DNA of 64,000 nucleotides from Thalia democratica (Eukaryota): NCBI GenBank assembly GCA_965202585.1, contig OZ241828.1, positions 54,312,001 to 54,376,000 of the forward strand, read 5' to 3'. Shown piece by piece: positions 11,722 to 23,029 of this stretch (position 1 is its first letter; each line of letters starts with the position of its first letter). The notes under the pieces were generated by a model. It saw only the letters and a program-made list of their open reading frames with translations, ran no database searches and was not told where the DNA came from. The position numbers and the translations under genes were made by a program.

Positions 11722-12854
11722 CTTTTCTATATACGAGCTGCTTTGAGAATATTTTTAAATTTAAGTCTATCTTATTTTGTCAAATTAATTTCATGTATAT
11801 TTTTATTACAGTTTAGATGAAATCATACAGTTTTGTTTAATGCGCTTAGCTATTTGAAAATTTTGAGTAAAAGATTTGATATATAGTCGTAAGTTTATAG
11901 CTTTTTTTCTTTAGTTTGAAAGTATTTTAATCCGATAAAGTACAACTATTTTTTTTAGATATAATGCTTTTGTATAAAAAAGTTTTATATTTCTTTTTTG
12001 TACTTTAAGGTTTGTGTTTTTAAATTTAAAACATAATAAAAATTGCGTTTTGAACACAGCGTTTTTCAGCTAAAAATGCGTCCTATACCGGCAGTTAGTT
12101 CGTACCTAGCAAGTGTGTACCTAGTTGGCAGGTTGTGTGCTTATACTTAAGTATTTTATAACTTAAAAATATTTAGACAAATGTTAATAACAAAAAACTA
12201 ACTTAAAGATGAGGATTCAACAACAGTTCCATATACTGTATACACCATTAGTAAAAACAAAAAACATATTTTTGTCATTGTTTTAATTTTTGTTATAAGG
12301 TTAAAATCTGTTAAAATTTACTGTTAATGTTTCATTTATTTTAATAAAACAATAAATACTAGTAATCACAGCTTAAATAAACTTCATTTTAAAGCTTTTT
12401 TTTGTCTTTTTAAAGGTATCTTTAAATAGAAGTTTAATTAAATTATGTGGAAATAGGTCAAATATGCACGAAGGCTTATTTTCGAAAATGGTCATACATG
12501 CTCGAAAGGACCATATACACTAAGGGACATTTTTGCAAGTAGACATTTTTCTCGGAAGGTCACTTAAGCTTTAAGGGTCATTTTTGCATGAGAGTATGAA
12601 AATTATAAATAGAAATAAATATAAGGTGACTAAAAAACGCAAAAAAAAGATCAAAGACAAATTGATATAGAAACTAAAAAAAAGACAAAAATAAGTTACC
12701 GACCAAGGTTAAGGGTTAGGGTAGAAAAAAAAGATAAACTAATTAACATCTATTTTTAAGAAAAAACACAAAAAAAAATTGTTAAAATTAATTCATAAAA
12801 GAAAAAAGAAAAAAAGTTACTGATCGAGGGTAAGGGATAGGGGTAACGGGTGGG

Positions 12855-13400
12855 TGTCACTTTTGCACGAGCGTCACTTTTGCACGAGCGTCACTTTTGC
12901 ACGAAGGGACACTTTTGCACGAGCGTCACTTTTGCACGAAGGGTCACTTTTGCACGAGGTGACACTTTTGCACGGCGACTCTTTTGCACGAGCGTCACTT
13001 TAGCACGAGGGGACACTTTTGCACGGCGTCACTTTTGCACGCAGGGTCACTTTTGCACGAGGGGACACTTTTGCACGGCGTCACTTTTGCACGAGTGTCA
13101 CTTTATCACGAGGGGACACTTTTGCACGGCGTCACTTTTGCACGGAGGGTCACTTTTGCACGAGGGGACACTTTTGCACGGCGACTCTTTTGCACGAGGG
13201 GACACTTTTGCACGGCGACTCTTTTGCACGGAGGGTCACTTTTGCACGAAGGGACACTTTTGCACGGCGTCACTTTTGCACGGCGTCACTTTTGCACGCA
13301 GGGTCACTTTTGCACGAGGAGACACTTCTGCACGGCGACATTTGTTACGGCAGCATTGTTGCACAACGGTACTTTTGCACAACGTCACATTTTTACGATG
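12855..13400 (+). repeat. Minisatellite array (gtcacttttgcacga variants), left arm
   Basis: About 30 tandem ~15-18-bp units; gives the artefactual HFCT/TFAR/LLH ORFs. Confidence 0.95.
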
Positions 13401-14679
13401 AAGATTTTGTCCAGCGACATTTTGGCACAATGATTTTTTCGCACGGAACATCAATTTTTCATTTTGGTAAAAAGTTCTTTAGCTAGTACCAAATTTTTAA
13501 CATACTTATATTAAAGGCAAAAAATGAAAGATTTAAAATCTTAAACAGTAAAAGTTAATGTTAGAAACAAACTAAGGAAAGATAAAATATAATTATTTAT
13601 AAAAAATTCATACCAGGGACAAAAAAAATAATTAATTTAAAAACTAGGATATAAAATACTTTGAGTGTAAGTAAGTTGTTCTAGTTTATTTTGAACTTTA
13701 ATATATTAGTCAACAACTATGTCATATTATATATTTTACTACACAGTTACAAGTTTATTGTCCATATGATGGACCTAGGCATCAAAACCTAGACCACTTA
13801 AACTGAAGGAAACATAATAAAAAAATAAAATTAATACAAGAAGTTTATTTATTAAAACAAAGATAAAAACATAGTTTGATATAAAACTTATAGGTTAACA
13901 TAAAAAGCAAAATGTTAAGCACAAACTTATACTTATTTACGCTTTGATGTAGAACGATGAACGTCAAATATTTAAACGCATTGATTAACAACAAAAATAA
14001 AAACCTAACGCTCCAAAGACATTAAAAATAGACTGGCTAGATGAGTAATCATTAAATACATTGAAAAAGGACTCATGGAAAAAGGACAATCGTTTAAAAT
14101 CAAATTAAATATTTACCATTTGTTTAACAACTATATATTGCTAATTTTAACATCAAGAGAATATAAATAAAAATTAATACTAAAGATTCGTGTTTCAAAG
14201 TCTTACTAAATTAAGGTTATCTTTCTCTTTAAAATTTAACGAGATTCAGATAATTTTTATTTAAATTATTCAAAATTGTTTGTTATTCAACTAATTTATT
14301 TTGATTAAGATTATAAATGAATTGTGGTACATAATTATATTGTTCTCCGTAAAACTTAAGATAAAAACTTTTATTTAAGAAATTTATCTAAGCACTGACG
14401 AGGTATTAGACCGAAACTTAGTTTTTAAAACAAATTTTTGCAACAATAATTTCATAAAAACTTTACATTAAAATTTCATTAAAATACTACAACATTTTAT
14501 TGATTCAAAACAACTTGCGTTTAAAAGCGAATATTATTTAAATTGACAAAAAAATCTATTTATATTTTTATTTGAGAAAATAAAAATTAGAAGCGTGCAA
14601 AAGTGAAGTTCCGTTCAAAATTGACTGATTATTTAAAATTTTGCAGTTCATAAGTATACCCGTGAAACTATAATGCCGT

Positions 14680-15170
14680 GCGAAAGTGACGCTTTGCAAA
14701 AATGTCGTCATGCAAATGTAACGTCGTGCAAAAGTTTTGACGTGTAAAAGTGTCGCCGTGCAAAAGTGACGCCGTGCAAAAGTGTCCTTCGTGCAAAAGT
14801 GTCCTTCGTGCAAAAGTGACCCTTCGTGCAAAAGAGTCGCCGTGCAAAAGTGTCACCTCGTGCAAAAGTGACCCTGCGTGCAAAAGTGACGCCGTGCAAA
14901 AGTGTCACCTCGTGCTAAAGTGACGCTCGTGCAAAAGAGTCGCCGTGCAAAAGTGTCCCCTCGTGCAAAAGTGACCCTGCGTGCAAAAGTGACGCCGTGC
15001 AAAAGTGTCCCCTCGTGCTAAAGTGTCGCTCGTGCAAAAGAGTCGCCGTGTAAAAGTGTCCCCTCGTGCAAAAGTGACCCTTCGTGCAAAAGTGACGCTC
15101 GTGCAAAAGTGTCCCCTCGTGCAAAAGTGTCTTCGTGCAAAAGTGACGCTCGTGCAAAAGTGACCCGTTC
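14680..15170 (-). repeat. Minisatellite array, right arm (inverted)
   Basis: Reverse complement of the left-arm units (tcgtgcaaaagtgac). Confidence 0.95.
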
Positions 15171-18100
15171 CCAGGGGTAACAGTGATAGTATAAAAAAAA
15201 ACAATTTAAACTTAAACTTATTAAAATTATAATAAAAAAATTCAAACCATGCAAAAGTGTACCTTAGTGCTAAAGTGACCCCTCGTGCAAAGTTTACACC
15301 CTGCAAAAGTTTCTTTGTGCAAAGGTGCCCCTTTGTGCATATTTGACACGTATTCCAGTTTATGTAAAGTAAAAAAAATCAAAAAAAAATTATTATGGCA
15401 AATTTTTTTATCAATTTACTTATTTAACAATGTCTTAAAAAATATATTTTTTGTAACTATTTTAAGTTTGTAGATCGAGTTTAAATTAAAGTTTTGTTTA
15501 CAAAAAAAAGTAGCAAAAAACTTTCAAAATTCTAAACTTTTTTGTTCACGACACTTTTGGTAGTTTTTTTAAAAGTTATTTCATTGGCTAGACACAGAGC
15601 GTTGAAAAATTCTACAATAGAAACTTTTATTAGTTCACTTTCTTTAATTTCTTTAACATAAATGTTTTGTTTGGCTGGTTACTTAACATTGTGTATTCTA
15701 AACTTATTCTATTTATCTCATAAAAACATCTGAAGCTAAGCAATTAACAATTTTCCAAAAATGATTTTAAATATTACATTAGGTGTTATTTACTACTGTT
15801 GAAAAATCGTATTTTTTAGTGTGGTGATAGAAATAATTTATGTATATAAATACAATAATGTTAAGATAAAGTAATGGGAAATTAACAGATAAAGAATGAA
15901 TGATAAAAATCTATACAGGTTCATATATTCCTAATCACGATTAAATCAAAGAAGTTACTAAAATTAAATTTAAGTACTAGATGTGTACTTAAGTATAATC
16001 AGCCGTAACTTTTAATATGGTTAGGTGTTATTTAACAGTTTATAATTTCAAATTTATTAACAGTTAAGTTTGTATCCTATTTTTTAAAAACGTTCTACCA
16101 TGCGTTGTTACCATAAATGTTGTATGTAATCAAATTTTAATACTTTTTATGAAAAAAAGAAAAAAAAATTTGTAATATCTTCACAAATTGAACTAATAAT
16201 GTTTTGAACAAAATACAGCAATTAATTGTTAAATCAATTTATTTTCTTTTATACAATTTAATTCTTTACAGCTTGATTAAATATCTCGGATTTAATATGA
16301 CTTTTAGTTGAAACCATTGTTAGTCTTTGTTATTTTCTTTTTCCTAAGCAGCTTAAGCGCTATAACTATATACCATTTAAAAGCAATTGCAGAAAAAGTG
16401 AAGTAATGACATTTGAAAACAAAATAATTAGATGTTTATTATTTAAATTATGTGTAATAATTCATGCTGAGAAAAGGGTTTAAAAATATTACAGGAAAAA
16501 AATGCTTAGGAACAAAAATTAAGTAGTCACTCAGAATTTACAATACCTAATTTTATAAACATCTTTGAAAAAAAAAAATTAAAACAATCATAAAATGCAC
16601 ACAAAAGCCAATTGTGAATATATCTATAGTCCGTTTCCAAAAATCTTAAAAAAATAAGTGTTTAAACAAAATTCATTAGTCATATAAATGGTTTCAATTT
16701 TTGTAAAAACTAGTACAGATATCATGTTTTCAGATTAAATTTTTGGTTTAGTATAAAAATCTTTTTATACACTTTTACTTCTAAATAATTTTTATACACT
16801 ATATTTTAAAAACACCAAGCAAAATAATAACTTTTAGTATGTTAAAATGGAATGTATTTTAAAATGTTAAAAAACATGAAGAAATATATTTAACTAATAG
16901 TTAACAATATTAAAAAAAATTATATTCATATGAACACAATATTCAAACTTAGATTTAAACTGTTGTAACTTTTTATTTAAGCTGAACACTTAAAAAAGGC
17001 CCTTTCAGCTATAAAATATTAGTACAAAGCAAAAAAAAAAATTGATGTCAGCGAAAATATGCCATTTAATGGAAGCAACGTGGTACAATACTATTACATT
17101 AAAGTTTAAAAAACTACAACTAAGCCTAAAATTTATACTACAAGCTATGAAGTATAAACAAATAGTAAATAAACCTTTCACATTTAAACTAGTTACAAAA
17201 ATTGTGAAAAACAAACAAAACTAAATAAGTATTTATCAATGTGGGTGAATAATATATACATTACAAATTAAGTATAAATTGTTTTATACAGCCTGAAATG
17301 CATGCCTCAATTAATACATAAGATGACTATTAGAACAATCTGGACTACTACAATCTGGACTACTACAACCTGGACTTGTGAGCCAAAATGTAACTTTAAA
17401 ACTCACTTAAAAACTTTTAATACTTTTAAACATGAAATTTTTTAAAACAAAGTCGTTATAAACAAAGCTTTATTAAGTCTAGCGGTTTAAAATCGGCAAA
17501 GAATAAAATAAACATTTGATTGAATTAAGTTCATTGCAACATGATCACAACATTTCGACAAGAGAAAAATGTTTTTTGCGAATTGTTTTGTTTTCATAAT
17601 AGTGTTTGTGTTTGAGTTAGTAAAAAATATTATTGACGTGTAAAAATATCAGTTTAGAAATATTAAATAACTGTATCAACTTTTTTTAATTAATCATTAA
17701 GGCGAATTAAGGGTTGAACAGAAAGTGAAAATAAAAAGTTCTGAGTACTGAAATAGTTTTTATTAGTTTATTGTATTAGTCATGCTGAAGTACTGTTTGG
17801 TTATACAAAATTAATTTTATTTTATATATTACTTCATAATATTCTAAAAATGTCATTAAATTTTTTCTAACATAGTTATTATTATTATTGATTATAGGCC
17901 GATAAATTATACTAACAATACACAAAATATAAGTATTAGGCTTTTTAAAAAGAAAATTAACTTGAGAAAATTTTGTTTAGAAAGATGTTATTTACCCTAT
18001 TTTCTGCAAAACAACTTTTTAAGACTACTACAAATTTTTCCGTTTCAATAGTTTACTATTAGAAATAACGGTATAATATATATTATCTGAAATAAAAGGT

Positions 18101-18522
18101 TAAATTTGTAATTTACATACATAAATTTCGTTTCATTCAGTAATTAGCTTCCATACATCTTATATAAATACCTAATTTTGCATCTGAACTGAAGTTACAT
18201 CGAAATACATATTACTTGTCTTAACTTTTTAATAAACGTACTTTAAGTACGGTAGGTTTCAATTTCCAAAAATTTATTTTAGTAAAGTTTTGTAGCACTG
18301 AATTCATTACAGCACTGGAAATCTATTAGAATCAAAATATATGCATGAAACTATGAACTTAAGAGATAATTAATGAACAGTAGTCACTAGTAACTATTTA
18401 ATTTAAGAATTATGATTTCTGCTAGAGTTTGCGGTCTTAATTATCATGGAGTGTAAATAATTGACTACTAATCTTTTTACTTAAAATATTTATAAATCGA
18501 GCTGTTTTAGTTACAACAAAAG

Positions 18523-18528
18523 TTTATT
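18523..18528 (-). promoter_or_regulatory. Putative AATAAA poly(A) signal of ER-protein gene A
   Basis: Conserved in copy B (56722-56727). A/B similarity collapses shortly downstream of it. Confidence 0.55.
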
Positions 18529-18634
18529 ATTTTAAACGCAGTAGAAAAACAAACTCAGAAAAACTTCAACGCAACACAATTCTTTAACTAACACATTTCT
18601 CATCCAAAAAAAAAACAATTTAGCTCAAAATAAC

Positions 18635-19477
18635 TCAAAATTCATCATGCTTCTTTTTGCCGTTCACATCTCTCAGAAAACCAATCTTTATGCCGTTGAC
18701 CGGATCTATCAAAGTGAGAATGGCAGATTTGCGCCAGCTAGTGATCAGATATGGAGTTTCTGAAGTATCAGAAGGAAGAGCCAACTCGAACCTGTAGCAC
18801 TTTGAAGCATCAAGCCTTTCGCAGAGGTCAAACTTCATTTCAATATTCACGTTTGAGAACTGGTTGTAATACATCTTAGAGATGGATAAATAGTCAAATA
18901 TGCTGTTTTTTTCTTGACACCGTGATATATCATAATATTCATGGAACATACAACTGTCTCCTTGAAAACTGGTATCAATAGCTTTGTCGTAAAACTGTTT
19001 ATACGCCGGCAAATTAAATAGTTTTGCAAAGCCTCTGATCTTGTAGTACTCATCACGAAGCTGACACTTTTTCAACATTTGGAGTATTTCATCACACGTG
19101 TAACAAGATTCACCTACACACAATATTTTGTATTCGATATTGGAATCAAAAAGGGTGTACACAAGAAATATGAATTTGGGATCTCCAGTAACTTTCTTCG
19201 GAATGATCATCTTTTCATCAATTTCGTCGGATGTTAATCGAAATTCAGCTTTAATCTCGAGACCATCAGCACAAAAAAGACTTTGGGTCTTGTCGTAGTT
19301 ATCTAATGACTGCTTAACTCCGGAAGCGTTCTCAATCAGCTTTTTCATGACCTCACATTCGTCATAGTTTTGTTCTTTTTGAGGACCTTCAAGGGTCGAA
19401 GTGGCCGACATTACTGTGGATGAGCGCATCATCAGAAGAAACATGGCGGAGAACAAAACCGTGTTGTATGAAAACAT
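18635..19477 (-). CDS. Unknown Cys-rich secretory-pathway protein, 280 aa, signal peptide and C-terminal HDEF, copy A
   Basis: Single-exon ORF. Hydrophobic N-terminus MFSYNTVLFSAMFLLMMRSSTVMSA; ends KKKHDEF. 3' splice acceptor 17 nt upstream of ATG. Paralog at 56835-57686 keeps the frame. Confidence 0.85.
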   Translation of the reverse strand: MFSYNTVLFSAMFLLMMRSSTVMSATSTLEGPQKEQNYDECEVMKKLIENASGVKQSLDNYDKTQSLFCADGLEIKAEFRLTSDEIDEKMIIPKKVTGDPKFIFLVYTLFDSNIEYKILCVGESCYTCDEILQMLKKCQLRDEYYKIRGFAKLFNLPAYKQFYDKAIDTSFQGDSCMFHEYYDISRCQEKNSIFDYLSISKMYYNQFSNVNIEMKFDLCERLDASKCYRFELALPSDTSETPYLITSWRKSAILTLIDPVNGIKIGFLRDVNGKKKHDEF

Positions 19478-21819
19478 TATTACTCAAAAAAAACCTGAAA
19501 AAAAAGATCATTTATAATTAATTACAAAATTTGTTAAAACTATGGTCTTAGTTAAATGATGACTACATTATATTTAACACCTGCAAGCAGTGAACTGAAT
19601 TAAATGTCAATAAGTGGTGTAAGACTAAGTTTACTCATTGAATATAATTTTATATTTAAAAACAAAAAAAACTGCTCCAAGTTAAGTTGAAAATTTAATT
19701 ACTTAAAACAAAAATACAATAAGTTCAAATACTTTTATTAAAGATGAATTAAAGTTTATCTGTTTTCAAATAATATTTAATTTTGTCTACTGATGGTTTT
19801 ACAGTATCTAGACAATATTAATCACTCAAGTGAAAGTTTAAACATTTATACTGACAAAATTGATTTTCTAATACACTAACAAACATTTTTTCTGAAGTAT
19901 TTATATAACTCAATTAGCTATCATAAAACAAGTTATATAAAAAAATTACTTTTCAATCAGAAACTTTTAATCAGCTCACTAGAAAGTTTGAAAACCAGCA
20001 AAACCTTGACTAGAACAACTAACTTGTACAAAATGGATTCTTTGCTGTTTGTAACAAAACTTTTTACTAGGTCAGTGTAAAAAACTAAATGCATTAAATG
20101 TTTGAAACCTTTTTTAATAACAAAAAAAGTTCCAAAAATTCGTTTAAAAGTTTTAAACTTTGTTTGCTTAAAAAAAAAACAAAGTATTTTATAGAAAATG
20201 TTTGAAAAATTAAAGTTTCAAGCTAAGGTAAATGTTCTACAAACTTTTATTTTTTTTTAGCCTTATTGAAGCAGGTTTTTTATTGAAGTTTTCTAAAATA
20301 TTTTTTATTCGTTTTTAGATTAACTTAGTTTAACAAACCTAATAAGAATTAAAATGAAAAACAATATTTTTTTTTAACATACATTTGAAATATTAACTCA
20401 AGTAAATATCAGAAAACTTTATAAATTATTTGTTACTAATACTGCTGTAACTAAAATTCACAAAGCACTGAACATTCGTTAAACATTTTATTACTAATAA
20501 AGATTATTTTAATAACAAACATTTTCACGATATTCGACAATATATTTAACACAATACTAAAAAGATATTTATACTATGATTGTTAAACTATACTGTGGCT
20601 AGTCTTCCAAAAACAAAACAATCTTATGAATTTAAACCTATTTTTTTTAAAACTAATTTATGTTATATTTATTTAGAAGAAATATTCAAACAATCACAAC
20701 ACTTTAAAAAAGACAAAACATCATCATTATTTATACCGAATGATAAATAAAATAAATTTAAATTTGCCAAACGTTTTTATTTTTCATTCGAAAATATTTT
20801 TAGTGGTTTTAGTAGACTCGAACGTCAGTTAGTTTATTAGGTGTTGAACTAATTTTAAGTAATAAATAATTTTTTACTTGCTTAAACTACAAACAGTCGT
20901 TGATAATAAATTTTATTTCATTGTCGTTTTAAAAACTAAGTTTTCTAATAGCCTCTTAAAGATTTTTTTTAACTATTTTATAACAAAACTACATTTGTAA
21001 AAATTAAGAGTGCTCAATGAATAACAAAATTTGTGCTAACTTATCTCTTTGCTGGTTCACTTACTTAACACATACACTTTGTACTTTCGCAACTTAAAAA
21101 AAAATACGAGTAAATGCTTCTATTTTAAATGAAATTTATTTATGGTTTGAAAAATCAAAAAGTATACCTAACAAAAACTTTTTTAATTTATTTCATATAT
21201 ATTGTTTTAAATGTGTCTGTACGCACTTAGATATAACATGTAGAACCAATAATCATGCTTGAACTAAATATTATCTCGCTAAGTAATAAGTAAAAAAGGT
21301 TTTAAAATAAGAGCATCTTCGTTTATTGGTCTGCATAGGAATTAACTTAAAATGCAAAGAAAACTTCTAAAATATCAAAGGTGTCAAAACCAAAACAAAT
21401 AAAACGTATTTCTTCTTCTTATTATTATTATGTTGTTTAAAATGTTTTGTAGAAATTAGAATATAACATTTAAAAAAAAAACATCTGTAATAGAAACTTA
21501 GGTAAAAAAAACGACATTTTAGTTCATTACTATGCATTATACAAAAACGGAAAACATTTGAATGTAGTTTTTACCAAATAGGTATTATATAACTATCTTA
21601 CTAATTCAAAGAACTTTTTAACTTTCTTTTTCAGAAAATTATTTGCTGTTGTAAGAAGAAAATTATTAGTAAACTGAGAAAAAACCCTAGTAGAATGCTA
21701 ACCTGTCCTTTTCACATTTTAAAGCTAAATCATTAAAGTCTTTAAATTGTTTGAAATGTTATACAGGAACTTAAAACTAAATTTATCAAACAAATTTGAC
21801 TTAAAATATATTTTTGCTC

Positions 21820-21963
21820 ATCGGGCCACATTTACATGGTTGCGGGCCGCAAAATTTTCTTTCGCGGGCCGCATTCCATTCAGAAAAATAACGTGCTCGC
21901 GGGCCGCAGACTTACCTTTCGCGGGCCACATTTGGCCCGCGGGCCGCAGTTTGCCGACCCCTG
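21820..21963. mobile_element. hAT (Charlie-like) MITE terminal fragment
   Basis: Repeated gcgggccgc subterminal motifs ending gcagtttgccgacccctg, a CAGGGGTCGGCAAAC-type TIR. The other end is not found. Confidence 0.7.
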
Positions 21964-23029
21964 GATTAGAACCATAACTATATAATAAACAAATTTGTTC
22001 ATACTAGATTTGTTTTTTCGATTGAGCTTTTATTTAGACTTCTATTTTCAATAAAAAACTTATTTATAAAGTAACTTAAAACTTGTAAAAATTATAACAC
22101 AAGCCTTTCTATTAAAAAAAATTTTTTTGTTAAATTTAAAAAACACCTAATGGGCTGAGTGAAACATGAAATTAAAATTAAACTTTTATTGACTGAAAAA
22201 AAAAACTTTAATTGTTAAGTCATCATAAAAAGTCCTAAACTAGTTTACTTTTTTAAAATTTAAACAAAAAATCAAAGGTTTAAAAACAAATATTTTAGTA
22301 TAACTTAAACAAAACTTTCAAACTGTTTTTCATCTATCGATAGTAACTTTATTTTGTACAAAAAGCATCTTGTAAAACAAATATGTTTAGAAAAGTGAAA
22401 TAAGATGAAAAAATTATTATTTCACTCTTTAATTGTGATGGTATGTCTAAATACGAACTTTTCTTATAATTAATAAAATACAGCCGTAAATTTACTTCTT
22501 GTACTAAGTAGTTTGTGTTCAACTTTTTTGTATATGAAAAAGTTAAATCAAATTAACTTTAGTTTTAACTGAAACAAAGTAGTTCTTGCAGGAATAAAAT
22601 TCATTTTATTAATTCATTGCTTAATATTACTAATTAACATTTGATGGAATAAAGAGAAATTTAGAAGATTAATTTCCTTATAAATTACTTATATTTAAAA
22701 GAAAATCATGTAAGATACTTAAGTAAACACATGTACAGTATAACTTAAAACGATTTAAAAAAATTAAACAAAAACATGAAGCAAAAACATAAAACATTTT
22801 TTACAAAAAAGCAATATTATACTTGAAGTAAAACATTTATCAGACACTATTTGTTAGTTCAAAATATAAACTTATGATTGTAAAATTAAATGAAGTACAT
22901 GACTCAATAAAAACTGATTGTTGGACATAAGATTTGAAACTTTGTACTAGAATGCTTTGTGTTAACGAAGAATGGTGCAATAATAAAATAGTAACTTTTT
23001 AGGAAAGAAAAGGAACATGTATATACCAA

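Larger units (their letters stand above)
12848..15172. mobile_element. Foldback (FB/MULE-like) element with minisatellite arms, 2325 bp
   Basis: Perfect 9-bp TSD aggggtaac (12839-12847 and 15173-15181); single copy at the empty site in copy B (~53411). Arms are inverted arrays of ~15-18-bp gtcacttttgcacg units around an AT-rich core. Confidence 0.92.
12449..15356. mobile_element. Foldback/Mutator-like non-autonomous element (host), copy A, interrupted by a nested relative
   Basis: Ends ggaaataggtcaaatatgcac / gtgcatatttgacacgtattcc. 9-bp flanks aaattatgt / agtttatgt. The uninterrupted counterpart is at 53007-53609. Confidence 0.8.
1..21165. repeat. Segmental (tandem) duplication, copy A; left end runs off the window
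   Basis: Collinear with ~38011-59221. Position 1 ggtgagatttacagcctagac matches 38011 ggtgaaggtttacagcctagac. Similarity ends near aaaaatcaaaaagtat (~21165) versus aaaaatcgaagagtat (~59221). Genes and most TE insertions are shared. Confidence 0.95.

Noticed and set aside
12855-15170. Repeat arrays as a CRISPR locus
   Set aside because: Units are directly tandem with no unique spacers, there are no cas genes, and the context is eukaryotic and intron-containing.
12850-15306. Long ORFs with HFCT / TFAR / LLH repeats on both strands
   Set aside because: They are translations of the stop-poor minisatellite arms of a TSD-flanked transposon; open in several frames, with no domain signature.
17325-17378. 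Three tandem ~16-17-bp units (caatctggactacta) versus one in copy B
   Set aside because: Ordinary slippage duplication in intergenic DNA.
18635-18700. Splice fusion of the signal-peptide gene to the ART (secreted ART toxin)
   Set aside because: No conserved good phase-1 donor in both copies. The ER gene has its own conserved stop, HDEF end and AATAAA, and the ART has its own first exon. Long-read cDNA would settle it.
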